Shown one piece after another: positions 1 to 7,704 of a stretch of DNA of 32,000 bases. The first letter of the stretch is position 1. The number at the start of each line of letters is the position of its first letter. The translations under genes were made by a program, and so were the position numbers. Origin of the DNA: Aeropyrum pernix K1 (GTDB lineage Archaea > Thermoproteota > Thermoprotei_A > Sulfolobales > Acidilobaceae). The stretch is taken from NCBI RefSeq assembly GCF_000011125.1, contig NC_000854.2, positions 1,230,001 through 1,262,000 of the forward strand. The letters are read 5' to 3'. The notes under the pieces were generated by a model that saw only the letters and a list, made by a program, of their open reading frames with translations, was not told where the DNA came from and made no database searches.

Positions 1-10
1 GGAGGCTGGC

Positions 11-226
11 GTGAAGGGTATAGTTAGAAAAATCAGGGTAGATAACTTGATCATAGTAACTATAAACACAGAATTCCTCGAGAGAGCATGCTTCTACGAG
101 AAGTGCAGCAGACTAAGGGACAAGCCCGAGGCGCTTAGAGAGTGCATGGCCAAGTGTATACTGAGCACTGCCAGAGAAGTCGCGTATAAGGCTGCCAGAA
201 GCATAGCAGAGCTGGCGAAGACGTAG
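11..226 (+). CDS. hypothetical small protein (5' end may lie outside window)
   Basis: 71-aa ORF from GTG 11. The frame stays open back to base 2, so it may be 5'-truncated. No recognisable family. Co-oriented with the next two small ORFs. Confidence 0.35.
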   Translation: MKGIVRKIRVDNLIIVTINTEFLERACFYEKCSRLRDKPEALRECMAKCILSTAREVAYKAARSIAELAKT

Positions 227-383
227 ACAGCCTTAAAACCAACATAATATGGGCGCGGCGGCCTGAAACAAGAAGCCTTGAGTCGTTACAGCCCCCTAAA
301 CAATCCGGAGATAACGCCCACTCACCCACATCCTATTACCCTTATATAGATTTCAGCCTAGGATGTGAGTATGGGTGTAGTTT

Positions 384-845
384 ATGTCTGAGCAGGAATA
401 CCCCTCTAGTGTGGACGTGTACGAATTCAACAACGTGAACCAGCTATTCGACTTCCTCGATAATGAGATTAAGAGGAGGAAGGCCGTGCTCGGCGACATA
501 ATACGGGATATAGAGAAGCTCAAGACGCTCAGCGAGGCCGCGGTGAAGCTGGAGCAGATATTTGCTGAGATCGCGGGAGGCCAGAGGACAGCTACAAGGC
601 AAACTACATCAGCGGCAAAGCTGAACGGCGTTGAAGTCTATATAAACCCTGAACCCCTCTCCGAGACCAGCCTACTCACCAGTATAGCCAGAGGGCTACA
701 GACCAGCATAGCTAGCTTGGAGAAGGTTAGGAAAGCACTATCACCCCTCTCCAAACTCGGCGACATAGACTTGAACATAAGGCTGATAATCGAGAATGGG
801 ACGGTAAAAGCTGTAGTAATAAAGGTGCCTTCCCCCCCAATATAG
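384..845 (+). CDS. hypothetical helical/coiled-coil protein
   Basis: 153-aa ORF with ATG start. TATA-like CTTATATAG at 341-349, about 39 nt upstream. Helical heptad-like N-half. No family recognised. Confidence 0.55.
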   Translation: MSEQEYPSSVDVYEFNNVNQLFDFLDNEIKRRKAVLGDIIRDIEKLKTLSEAAVKLEQIFAEIAGGQRTATRQTTSAAKLNGVEVYINPEPLSETSLLTSIARGLQTSIASLEKVRKALSPLSKLGDIDLNIRLIIENGTVKAVVIKVPSPPI

Positions 846-1047
846 AGGACGGAAGGCTTAGTAGCACAGGGAAACTAATACTAAACCCAGCTTCAGACCT
901 CCCCTGGGCCTCAGCACTGGGGCCTCGTCATCGCTATCGCCGCTACTAGGCGGTAATACCACTCTTCATCGGCCACATTTATATTGTTCACCCTCTGGTA
1001 GCGATATTAATACCTGCCATACCCGATAAGAGCTTGGTGGCCCCAGG

Positions 1048-1395
1048 GTGCCCCGGAAACGTATGACGCTTCCCAAGAAGAAGGAGGATATAGAGAAGAT
1101 AGTTGAGGAGGTTGAGCGTGAGCATCACCATGAGCACGAGCACCATCACCACCATCACCACCATGAGGAGTCGGATCTCGAGATAGCCGTAAAAGTGCTG
1201 GAAGACTTGGTTGACAGCCTTTCGGCGCGTGCTAGAGTGTTAGAGTCTAGGCTAGACAGTCACTCCATAGCAATAGGAACGCTCTACAGGGTAGTTGCTC
1301 ATCTTGTAGAGGCTATAGCTACCGATGATGAAGAGTCTAAGCTCAACAGCATCAAGAACGCTTTACAAGAGCTGGACAGGCTTAAAAACCTATAG
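1048..1395 (+). CDS. histidine-rich coiled-coil protein
   Basis: 115-aa ORF (GTG 1048, alternative ATG 1063). GGTGG lies 8 nt upstream of the GTG. The run EHHHEHEHHHHHHHHEE is encoded at about 1120-1170, followed by a long amphipathic helix. Confidence 0.55.
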   Translation: MPRKRMTLPKKKEDIEKIVEEVEREHHHEHEHHHHHHHHEESDLEIAVKVLEDLVDSLSARARVLESRLDSHSIAIGTLYRVVAHLVEAIATDDEESKLNSIKNALQELDRLKNL

Positions 1396-1433
1396 GCTAC
1401 CCGTAGAGGCTTCAGCCTAGAGTACCTAATCCC

Positions 1434-2069
1434 CTACTCCATGAACCCTGGCTTCAGGGCCTGGCACCTCTCGTCTATAGCCTCCTCAGCCACGTAGGGA
1501 TGCTCCCCTATGACCCTGCTTAGCCCGTCAAAGTCGCAGATAATGAGTGTGAAGGCACGCCTACCCTCTATAGCCTCCTCAAGCCACCTTATAACACTCC
1601 TACACTTCTCCAGGTCCTCAGCCTCGACAACATCCTCCTTACACGCCACTTGAGCCACCTCGTGAAATCTATGGAGTATCCCCTCCACGGTCGTTATGAA
1701 ACCCACACTGGCAACTCCGGGAACCATCTCAAGGTCCATCTCGGGTATGTATACCGCTGATAGAGGCGACTTCGCTAGGAGATACCTAAGCTGCTTCTCC
1801 CCCCTTACAGCTACCACAATCTTCTTAGGCTCTGTCGCCTCGGCTAAACGCACATCCCTATACCTATAGCCGCAGTTCCTGCACTCACCCACGCTTATAA
1901 CGATATTGTTAAAGTAGGGAACGCTGTAAAGATACTCTGAGAGTTTCATTGCACGTGCTCCGCAGGCCGGGCAAACCGCGTTATCGACCTCAGCTATCCT
2001 CAGAGGAGCCTTCCTGCTCTCAGCCAGAAGCCTGTCCAGAATGTCGCCTCCGCTAGCTTCTCCGCCCAA
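1434..2069 (-). CDS. ZPR1-type zinc-finger protein (COG1779-like)
   Basis: 211 aa. CPACG...VPYF...CRNCGYRYRDV zinc knuckles followed by IPEMDLE...GFITTVEGIL, the typical ZPR1 zinc finger plus A-domain pattern. TTG start with AT-rich TATA-like sequence about 20 nt upstream. Confidence 0.85.
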   Translation of the reverse strand: MGGEASGGDILDRLLAESRKAPLRIAEVDNAVCPACGARAMKLSEYLYSVPYFNNIVISVGECRNCGYRYRDVRLAEATEPKKIVVAVRGEKQLRYLLAKSPLSAVYIPEMDLEMVPGVASVGFITTVEGILHRFHEVAQVACKEDVVEAEDLEKCRSVIRWLEEAIEGRRAFTLIICDFDGLSRVIGEHPYVAEEAIDERCQALKPGFME

Positions 2070-2164
2070 ATACCAGCACCCTCGTTGACATAAAATTATG
2101 GAGCCCAGCTAAGAGAATATTCGAGATAACAGTCGACGAACGCTCACACACCTCAAACAATCTT

Positions 2165-2176
2165 AATAAAATAAAT
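2165..2176 (-). terminator. oligo-T tract downstream of hsp20
   Basis: The minus strand reads TTTATTTTATT about 20 nt after the hsp20 stop codon. Archaeal termination uses oligo-T. Confidence 0.3.
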
Positions 2177-2192
2177 ATTTTTATGTAGTAGG

Positions 2193-2732
2193 CTACTCAA
2201 CCTTAACTTCTGTACCTTCCTCGGCAGGCTTAATCTTCTTTAGCTTTATCTCTAGAACACCGTTCCTGTACGATGCTTTCGCACTCTTGGGATCAACTTT
2301 TGCGGGCAGCTCTACTTCCTTGTAGTATTTCTTCCCGTTCTCCGCCTTTATCACGACTTTGTCCTCTGTAGCCCTAACCTTTATCTTATCCTTATTGGCT
2401 CCGGGTATATCGGCCACGATCCATACCTCATCGTCACGCTCGATTACATCAACCAGAGGCTCCATCTCCTCCCTAATCTGGGGCCTCCCCCTAGCCATCC
2501 TTATGTTGCCGAACTCCTCGACTTTAGGAACACCGTCGGGCCCTATTGTTATCCTAACCCCATATATGTACGGGCCTTTGCCGAACTCCTCTCCCCTGCT
2601 CTGCACTCTGGAGGCCAGCTTCTCGAACTCCTCCTCCAGCTCTCTAAACTCTTCCTCAAACTCCCTGAATATATCCTCTAGTAGATCGAAGAAGCTCTTC
2701 CTTCTCCTCCTGAACCAGCTCATGTGCACCAC
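2193..2732 (-). CDS. hsp20: small heat shock protein, Hsp20/alpha-crystallin family
   Basis: 179 aa. The alpha-crystallin domain reads VDVIERDDEVWIVADIPG...KIKVRATEDKVVIKAE...YRNGVLEIKLKK. GTG at 2732, alternative ATG at 2723. Confidence 0.9.
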   Translation of the reverse strand: MVHMSWFRRRRKSFFDLLEDIFREFEEEFRELEEEFEKLASRVQSRGEEFGKGPYIYGVRITIGPDGVPKVEEFGNIRMARGRPQIREEMEPLVDVIERDDEVWIVADIPGANKDKIKVRATEDKVVIKAENGKKYYKEVELPAKVDPKSAKASYRNGVLEIKLKKIKPAEEGTEVKVE

Positions 2733-2923
2733 CGTTATGAAATTTAGTTTTAGACGAAGCTCAATAAAGTCTTGGCCTGTAACGGGCGTGCCTAACGTTT
2801 ATCTTTACCAAACCGAGGCTTACACTGCTTATCATCTAAACGTTTTATTATATGATGATATATCAAGCCAGATAAATAGTTGAGTAGGGTTAGAAATATG
2901 TTTGAGGACGTGGGTGTCCCGGC

Positions 2924-4315
2924 TTGGCTGTGGAGTATAAGTATGATGTCGTTATCGTGGGCTTAGGTCCTGCAGGCTCCTCTCTAGCATACCTCCTTAA
3001 GGATACGGGGCTTAAAGTGGCCGGATTAGACATCGCAGATTTTAACAGGGTCTGGGGTAAGCCGTGTGGAGACGCTATAGGCAAAGGCCACTTCCTAGAA
3101 ACCGGTCTGCCGCTTCCGAAGGGCGAGGCTATGATGCAGGTTGTAAACGCGGTTGACATTTATAGCCCCTCCGAGGAAGTCAAAATAAGGCTTTCCGAGC
3201 CTGAAGGAGGCTTCATGATAGATAGGAACAAGTATGGGCTACAGCTTCTAGAGGAGGCGCAGAAGTCTGGAGTCGACGTCTATCTCAAGACACACGCCCT
3301 ATCGCCCATTATCGAGAACGGCAGGCTTGTAGGCGTGTATGCAAAGAGGCATGGCGAAGATGGGGATGTAAACGTAAAATTCTACTCGAAGATAATTGTG
3401 GACGCCACTGGCAGTGGAGGAGCAATAAAGAGGAAGCTTCCGAGCAGCTGGCCTGTTGTAGAGCCACTTAAACCCACAGACAGCGCCGTGGCGTATAGAA
3501 AGATAGTGGAGCTTGATTATGATATAGAGGAGCCGGATGTTATAAGGATTTATATAAATGCTGATATAGCGCCGGGCGGCTATTGGTGGCTCTTCCCCAA
3601 GGGGAGGAGAATAGCAAATATAGGAATAGGCGTTCAGAGGGGTAGGGGATACCCGCATCCGAGGCATCTCTACGAAAAATACCTAGACAAAAGGCCTGAC
3701 ACAGGCAGAGTTGTTAGGCTTCTAAACGAGGCTGGAGCCCTCCTACCCACCCGCAGACCAGCAAACACCATAGTATGGGACAACTTCGTCAGCATAGGTG
3801 ACAACGCATATACAGTAAACCCCGTCCACGGGGGCGGTATGGGCTATGCCATGACGGCCGCCATGTACGCCGCTAGAGGTATTGAAAAGGCTTTCGAGAA
3901 GGGTGATTACTCGGTCGAGACTCTGTGGGACATAAACCTCGGGTATATGAGGAGCACTGGTGCAAAGCAGGCTGGCCTGGACATACTGAGGATATACCTC
4001 CAAACCCTGACAAACGAGGAGGTAGAGTGGGCAATGAGGAACGGGCTTGCTAACGTTGACAACCTAGTGGAGGCTAGCACCCAGGGCGAAATAAAGAGGC
4101 TGAACCTGACGCTCCTCGAGAAGGCTAAGGTCCTCGCCAGGCTGCTCGGAAGGCCTACGAAGCTCATGGAGCTGCTGACAGTAGCCGAGTATATGTCGAA
4201 GGTTAAAAAGCTATACTACGAATACCCGGAGAGGCCAGACGGTCTCCCAAGATGGGTTGACAGGGTGGAAACACTTTATAGGGAGTATAAGGCTCGTCTC
4301 GGCATCGATTGGTAG
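2924..4315 (+). CDS. FAD-dependent geranylgeranyl reductase family protein
   Basis: 463 aa. DVVIVGLGPAGSS dinucleotide-binding motif, GKPCGDAI catalytic-Cys motif, VDATGSGG, and GDNAYTVNPVHGGGMGYAM. About 60-70 aa longer at the C-terminus than typical members. Confidence 0.85.
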   Translation: MAVEYKYDVVIVGLGPAGSSLAYLLKDTGLKVAGLDIADFNRVWGKPCGDAIGKGHFLETGLPLPKGEAMMQVVNAVDIYSPSEEVKIRLSEPEGGFMIDRNKYGLQLLEEAQKSGVDVYLKTHALSPIIENGRLVGVYAKRHGEDGDVNVKFYSKIIVDATGSGGAIKRKLPSSWPVVEPLKPTDSAVAYRKIVELDYDIEEPDVIRIYINADIAPGGYWWLFPKGRRIANIGIGVQRGRGYPHPRHLYEKYLDKRPDTGRVVRLLNEAGALLPTRRPANTIVWDNFVSIGDNAYTVNPVHGGGMGYAMTAAMYAARGIEKAFEKGDYSVETLWDINLGYMRSTGAKQAGLDILRIYLQTLTNEEVEWAMRNGLANVDNLVEASTQGEIKRLNLTLLEKAKVLARLLGRPTKLMELLTVAEYMSKVKKLYYEYPERPDGLPRWVDRVETLYREYKARLGIDW

Positions 4316-4363
4316 CAGCCACAAGTACACAAAGACCTAAGACCCCAGGGTTTCCCCCATACC

Positions 4364-4942
4364 TCATAACAGCCTTTTCACCATGACAAACGCATCCTCA
4401 CCGTCCCTGTAGTACCCTTTAATTCTCCTTACCTTTCTAAAACCGAATTTTTCGTAGAGTCTGATGGCTGGCATGTTTGAAACCCTGACCTCGAGAAATA
4501 TAGCGTCGACCCTATACACATTTTTCATCACACGAACTGTAGCACTTAGCAGTTTTGACCCTATCCCGCGCCCCCGGAATCCCGGCCTAACAGCTATGGA
4601 TACTAGATGCCCCACCGGCCTCTCTTCGCTTAACTGGTTCCTTATAGCATCCAAGATCTTGTCTATAACACTCTTATCCCCCTCAAGCTCATCCTTCATC
4701 CCCAAGAGTACCGGGTCTGATGTCTGCTCCACCCTGCTCATAGCGTAGCCAACAATCTCCCCCCCAACCTCTGCGACAAGAAACGCTTCGCCCCAGTTGT
4801 CTAATATATATTTATAGAATCCGTACCAGTAGTTCTCGGGAAGGCTCTCCAGGTTTATCTCCATGACTATAGGTATATCCTGGGCTCTGGCCTTCCTAAT
4901 TCTCACTCCCTCCTGGCTGCCTTGTGCTTCGCGGTTCATCAA
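4364..4942 (-). CDS. GNAT N-acetyltransferase, RimI/Ard1 (N-alpha-acetyltransferase) type
   Basis: 192 aa. The acetyl-CoA motif reads VRPGFRGRGIGSKLL, and the overall layout matches archaeal Ard1/RimI. Confidence 0.8.
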   Translation of the reverse strand: MMNREAQGSQEGVRIRKARAQDIPIVMEINLESLPENYWYGFYKYILDNWGEAFLVAEVGGEIVGYAMSRVEQTSDPVLLGMKDELEGDKSVIDKILDAIRNQLSEERPVGHLVSIAVRPGFRGRGIGSKLLSATVRVMKNVYRVDAIFLEVRVSNMPAIRLYEKFGFRKVRRIKGYYRDGEDAFVMVKRLL

Positions 4943-5082
4943 CTCCCTCTACCCTTGACCGGCTTGTACAATCTCTATGCCTCAGGATTATCATAGGAAT
5001 ACAGGGGGTTAAACCCCTAATAAGCCTCGCCTCAAATGTTTCAGCGGATATTGTATTAGTCTCGGAGTGGGGGGTGTATGGG

Positions 5083-5430
5083 ATGGAGGTAGTCTTCTAC
5101 CCTGGATCCGCCTCCGGCGCCGAACTCGCTATCAAGGTTTTTGAGGCACTCAGGATAATTAGAACTAACTATCTCCTCGAGATCTACATGAGAATCGAGG
5201 GGGGCATGGAAACGCTATCATGCATCTTCGACTGCGGACCCCCATCGATAAAAATCCGCGGCAGGCGGATAAGCCTCGAGGACGCATTAAGAACGCACAT
5301 GACACCCGAGGACCTCGCAGAAATAATAATGGAAATTGTATCCGCTGATGATGACGATACCAACGATGACGAGTTCAGCTTTAGCACGCGAAACGATGTG
5401 CCAAGGGCTGTGGGTTTAGCAGCCTCCTAA
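5083..5430 (+). CDS. thioredoxin-fold (Thioredoxin_3-like) protein lacking CxxC, acidic tail
   Basis: The ORF is open from 4924, but that part overlaps the acetyltransferase start. ATG 5083 gives 115 aa. The pattern VVFYPGSASGAEL...PPSIKIRGRRIS...TPEDLAEII mirrors Thioredoxin_3, with ASGA where CxxC should be. The tail contains DDDDTNDDE. Confidence 0.45.
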   Translation: MEVVFYPGSASGAELAIKVFEALRIIRTNYLLEIYMRIEGGMETLSCIFDCGPPSIKIRGRRISLEDALRTHMTPEDLAEIIMEIVSADDDDTNDDEFSFSTRNDVPRAVGLAAS

Positions 5431-5436
5431 AAACTA

Positions 5437-6624
5437 TTAGCGGCAAACCTCTATATCACGCTTCTTCAATATATGCTCTATTATCTTGTCTATATCAGAC
5501 ACTGCAGGGCTCTCGCCAAGCAGCTCCTCAACCTCGGCTAGCCTCTTCTTCACCAAGCCATCGACAAGTATGGTGATCTCTATGGTTCTGCCCTTAACCT
5601 CTCTACGATATACTAGAAGTACTAGAGGATAGTATACGATCCTATGCCCCTTTACGGCGCCGAACGCCGACAGTATCTTAACTATATTATGCACGCTCAC
5701 CCGCGGCTTCATGGTGAAACCGCAGCTTGGGCTTCCAGGAGTCTTGAACTCCGCGAACTTAGACTCGAGTATCCTCTCCAGCTGAGCAGCCTCCAGAGGA
5801 GGCTCGGCTAAAGCGAATATATCCATGCCTATGGGCTCGACAAGCCTCTTCTCCACAAGAACTTCTATTATGCTTTCTACATCAACACTACCCCCAAACT
5901 CCTCCTTAAGCTCAGCTATACTAGCTTCCCCAAGCTCTGCTATCCTCTTTAGAACAGCCACGGCCTCATTACTCAGCAGTCCCAGGCCCCTCCACTCTCC
6001 CAGGATCCTTAGCCCCTCATCGTAGTGGGCTGTGCTCCCGGTTATGCCGTCGAAGCACAGCACAGCCGTGGCATGCTCAAGAACGTCCTCCACGAAATCG
6101 ACTGTGTGGAAATCAACGTCGAAGCAGTATAGTGGTATGAAGGCTGTCGAAGCGCCAACGAACTCACCCTTCTTAATGAATCTTCCCCTATGTTTTTCGG
6201 CGAGCTTTAACACATCCTCGACACTAACATTAGGCTTATAGTGAAATGTCTCGACTGTCTCCCCCTCCACCGCCCTGGCAGAAACCATAGCCTCAATCTC
6301 GTCCCTGAACACAAAGTCTATGAACCCGAATTTGCCAGCAATGCTTGCAGGCACAGACTGGTCAGAAACTATGATCACCGCCTTATCTATAACCCCATCC
6401 TTCCAAGCTGCATAAGCTCTTCCTATACAAGAATAGAAGTCGCCGTTGCAGTCTACCAGAAAACCTATCCTTATACGGGTAACGCCAATATTCGCCTCCA
6501 CTATAATATCAACGGCATGTTCGTTTTCCCTTACCGTGAACCCTTCCCTGCTATAAAACTCCTTAATAACGCTGGCAACATGCGAAGTGAGATGTCTATC
6601 AAGAGGGCCCCCAGACATCACCAT
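5437..6624 (-). CDS. hypothetical protein: restriction-endonuclease-like N-domain, winged helix, internally duplicated module
   Basis: The ORF is open to TTG 6675. ATG 6624 lies 24 nt from minus-strand TATA CTTTATATC (6645-6653), consistent with a leaderless mRNA. The N-terminus reads GFTV...AVDIIVEA...RIGFLVDC...KAVIIVSD (Mrr-cat-like layout). A wHTH-like stretch reads AVLKRIAELGEASIAELKEE. Two similar modules begin KPNVSVEDVLKL and KPRVSVHNIVKI. Confidence 0.6.
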   Translation of the reverse strand: MVMSGGPLDRHLTSHVASVIKEFYSREGFTVRENEHAVDIIVEANIGVTRIRIGFLVDCNGDFYSCIGRAYAAWKDGVIDKAVIIVSDQSVPASIAGKFGFIDFVFRDEIEAMVSARAVEGETVETFHYKPNVSVEDVLKLAEKHRGRFIKKGEFVGASTAFIPLYCFDVDFHTVDFVEDVLEHATAVLCFDGITGSTAHYDEGLRILGEWRGLGLLSNEAVAVLKRIAELGEASIAELKEEFGGSVDVESIIEVLVEKRLVEPIGMDIFALAEPPLEAAQLERILESKFAEFKTPGSPSCGFTMKPRVSVHNIVKILSAFGAVKGHRIVYYPLVLLVYRREVKGRTIEITILVDGLVKKRLAEVEELLGESPAVSDIDKIIEHILKKRDIEVCR

Positions 6625-6644
6625 CGCCTGCCTATACACTGCCA

Positions 6645-6653
6645 GATATAAAG
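6645..6653 (-). promoter_or_regulatory. TATA box for the 5437-6624 gene
   Basis: The minus strand reads CTTTATATC, centred about 24 nt upstream of ATG 6624. Confidence 0.4.
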
Positions 6654-6767
6654 CCCCAGAGGATTTACTATACAACCTAAACCTTTATACAGCTTTATAC
6701 CCACATGCGTTTCCCCAACCCTCCTTAGCTACATGGCTTTGCAAAACCGAATTGCGGCCAAACACCC

Positions 6768-6775
6768 TTATAGTA
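6768..6775 (+). promoter_or_regulatory. TATA box for the C2H2 ORF
   Basis: TTATAGTA is centred about 32 nt upstream of ATG 6804. Confidence 0.35.
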
Positions 6776-6803
6776 TTTCTCCCTAACCGTGTGAAGGCTC
6801 TCT

Positions 6804-7019
6804 ATGAGGTGCAGAGTAGTGGCGGGTTCTAAGGTGCAGAGGATAGGTGATAAAGAGGATTATAAGATGCTTGTCACCGAAGGCTCCGTGTTTCGAGTCG
6901 CAATTATAGACGGCATGCTGAAATGCCCCCTCTGCGAAGCGATATTCTCAACACCACGCGATCTTGAATACCACATAGCAGCTTACCACGTTTACACTTT
7001 GAGCAGGAAGAACAAGTAA
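6804..7019 (+). CDS. small C2H2 zinc-finger protein
   Basis: 71 aa. CPLCEAIFSTPRDLEYHIAAYH is a canonical C-x2-C-x12-H-x4-H finger. Alternative ATG at 6867. Confidence 0.55.
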   Translation: MRCRVVAGSKVQRIGDKEDYKMLVTEGSVFRVAIIDGMLKCPLCEAIFSTPRDLEYHIAAYHVYTLSRKNK

Positions 7020-7057
7020 ACCGCCCTAAACTCCCCTACAAACCTAAGTAGATATAC

Positions 7058-7072
7058 ACCCCCCGGTATACA
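7058..7072 (+). repeat. third (15-nt) copy of the ACCCCCCGGTATACA motif
   Basis: Exact 15-mer shared with 30177-30191 (same orientation) and with 31243-31257 (inverted). It is embedded in TATACAC-N7-TATACAC (7053-7073). Confidence 0.8.
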
Positions 7073-7084
7073 CAAAATATTCTG

Positions 7085-7163
7085 GACGCCCCGCCGGTCT
7101 CACGTCCGCCGAGACCCCCGATGGGGGGATGAAGATGAAGGCGGATCGGTAAGGCGGGGTACA
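7085..7163 (+). ncRNA. candidate structured sRNA (weak H/ACA-like hairpin)
   Basis: Hand fold. The lower stem pairs 7088-7095 with 7153-7160 (8 bp), followed directly by ACA at 7161-7163. The inner stem pairs 7106-7110 with 7140-7144. An apical C5/G5 stem is flanked by GA (7113-7114) on one side and GAU-GA (7128-7132) on the other, which is kink-turn-like. The non-canonical stem is poor and no oligo-T follows. Confidence 0.2.
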
Positions 7164-7704
7164 AAGTAAAGATGGGGGAGAAAGCCTTAACGACACGTAT
7201 GGCTATCGCAGCTTCCTTCTCCTCGAGGAGCGCAGGACCTCGGCCCTAGAGGAGGCTGAAGGAGTGGAGGTATCGCTGTATTATTTGCTAACAAAATATT
7301 CTATGCCTGTTTCGCTCCCCAACTCACTAGCTCTTTACGCTCGCTTCATAACAGAGCCGACCTCTCGGGATAACAACCAGACCAAGGCCAAGGTGAAAGA
7401 GTAGGGGCCAGTAGCACAGAGGACCTCAGGGTTCGCACTCTAACGCAGATAGGCCAGCGAGTCTCAGTTCAGATTGTCTAAGGCTAAAGAGGATCTCGAG
7501 CGTAAGACGCGTGAACCCATTTATCTAAGGTGCTCTACCCTGTAAGCTTTTATACCGCACTCTAATAGGAATTTTTAATGGAGCAGCGCGAACATGAGGA
7601 ATCCCTAGCCCGTGGAGAGGCCGTAGGCCCGGCTTCCCGGGCCGATGGGCTTGTCGAGCCGGATCCGACTGTTTTAACTTCAAGTCTAAACGTCGGCTGC
7701 TAGT

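Noticed and set aside
865-876. 10-mer AGTAGCACAG shared with 7410-7419, plus assorted TATACA-containing 9-10-mers shared between 6631-6680 and 30157-30216
   Set aside because: Hundreds of 10-mer coincidences are expected in 32 kb, and the TATACA words look like generic promoter vocabulary here. Only the 15- and 20-nt matches were kept.
2852-2858. Perfect C-box ATGATGA in the hsp20/GGR intergenic region
   Set aside because: There is no CTGA D-box within 40-80 nt downstream and no terminal stem, so it is not a C/D sRNA. It is probably just AT-rich promoter sequence.
2359-2883. 174-aa ORF on the plus strand
   Set aside because: It is antisense to the well-supported hsp20 gene. The Ser/Leu-rich low-complexity translation is typical of the reverse frame of a Glu/Lys-rich gene.
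7383-7407. CAAGGCCAAGGTGAAAGAGTAGGGG, reminiscent of the RNase P RNA J11/12 region
   Set aside because: There is no GGAAAGUCC (CR-I) or ACAGAA..GGCUUA (CR-IV/V) element in the correct order on either strand.
7627-7644. GGCCCGG-CTTC-CCGGGCC hairpin, considered as a tRNA anticodon arm or SRP helix tip
   Set aside because: The loop size and flanks do not fit a tRNA cloverleaf, with no T-loop GTTCRA and no acceptor pairing. They also do not fit SRP internal loops. It is more likely a 3' structure downstream of nadE.
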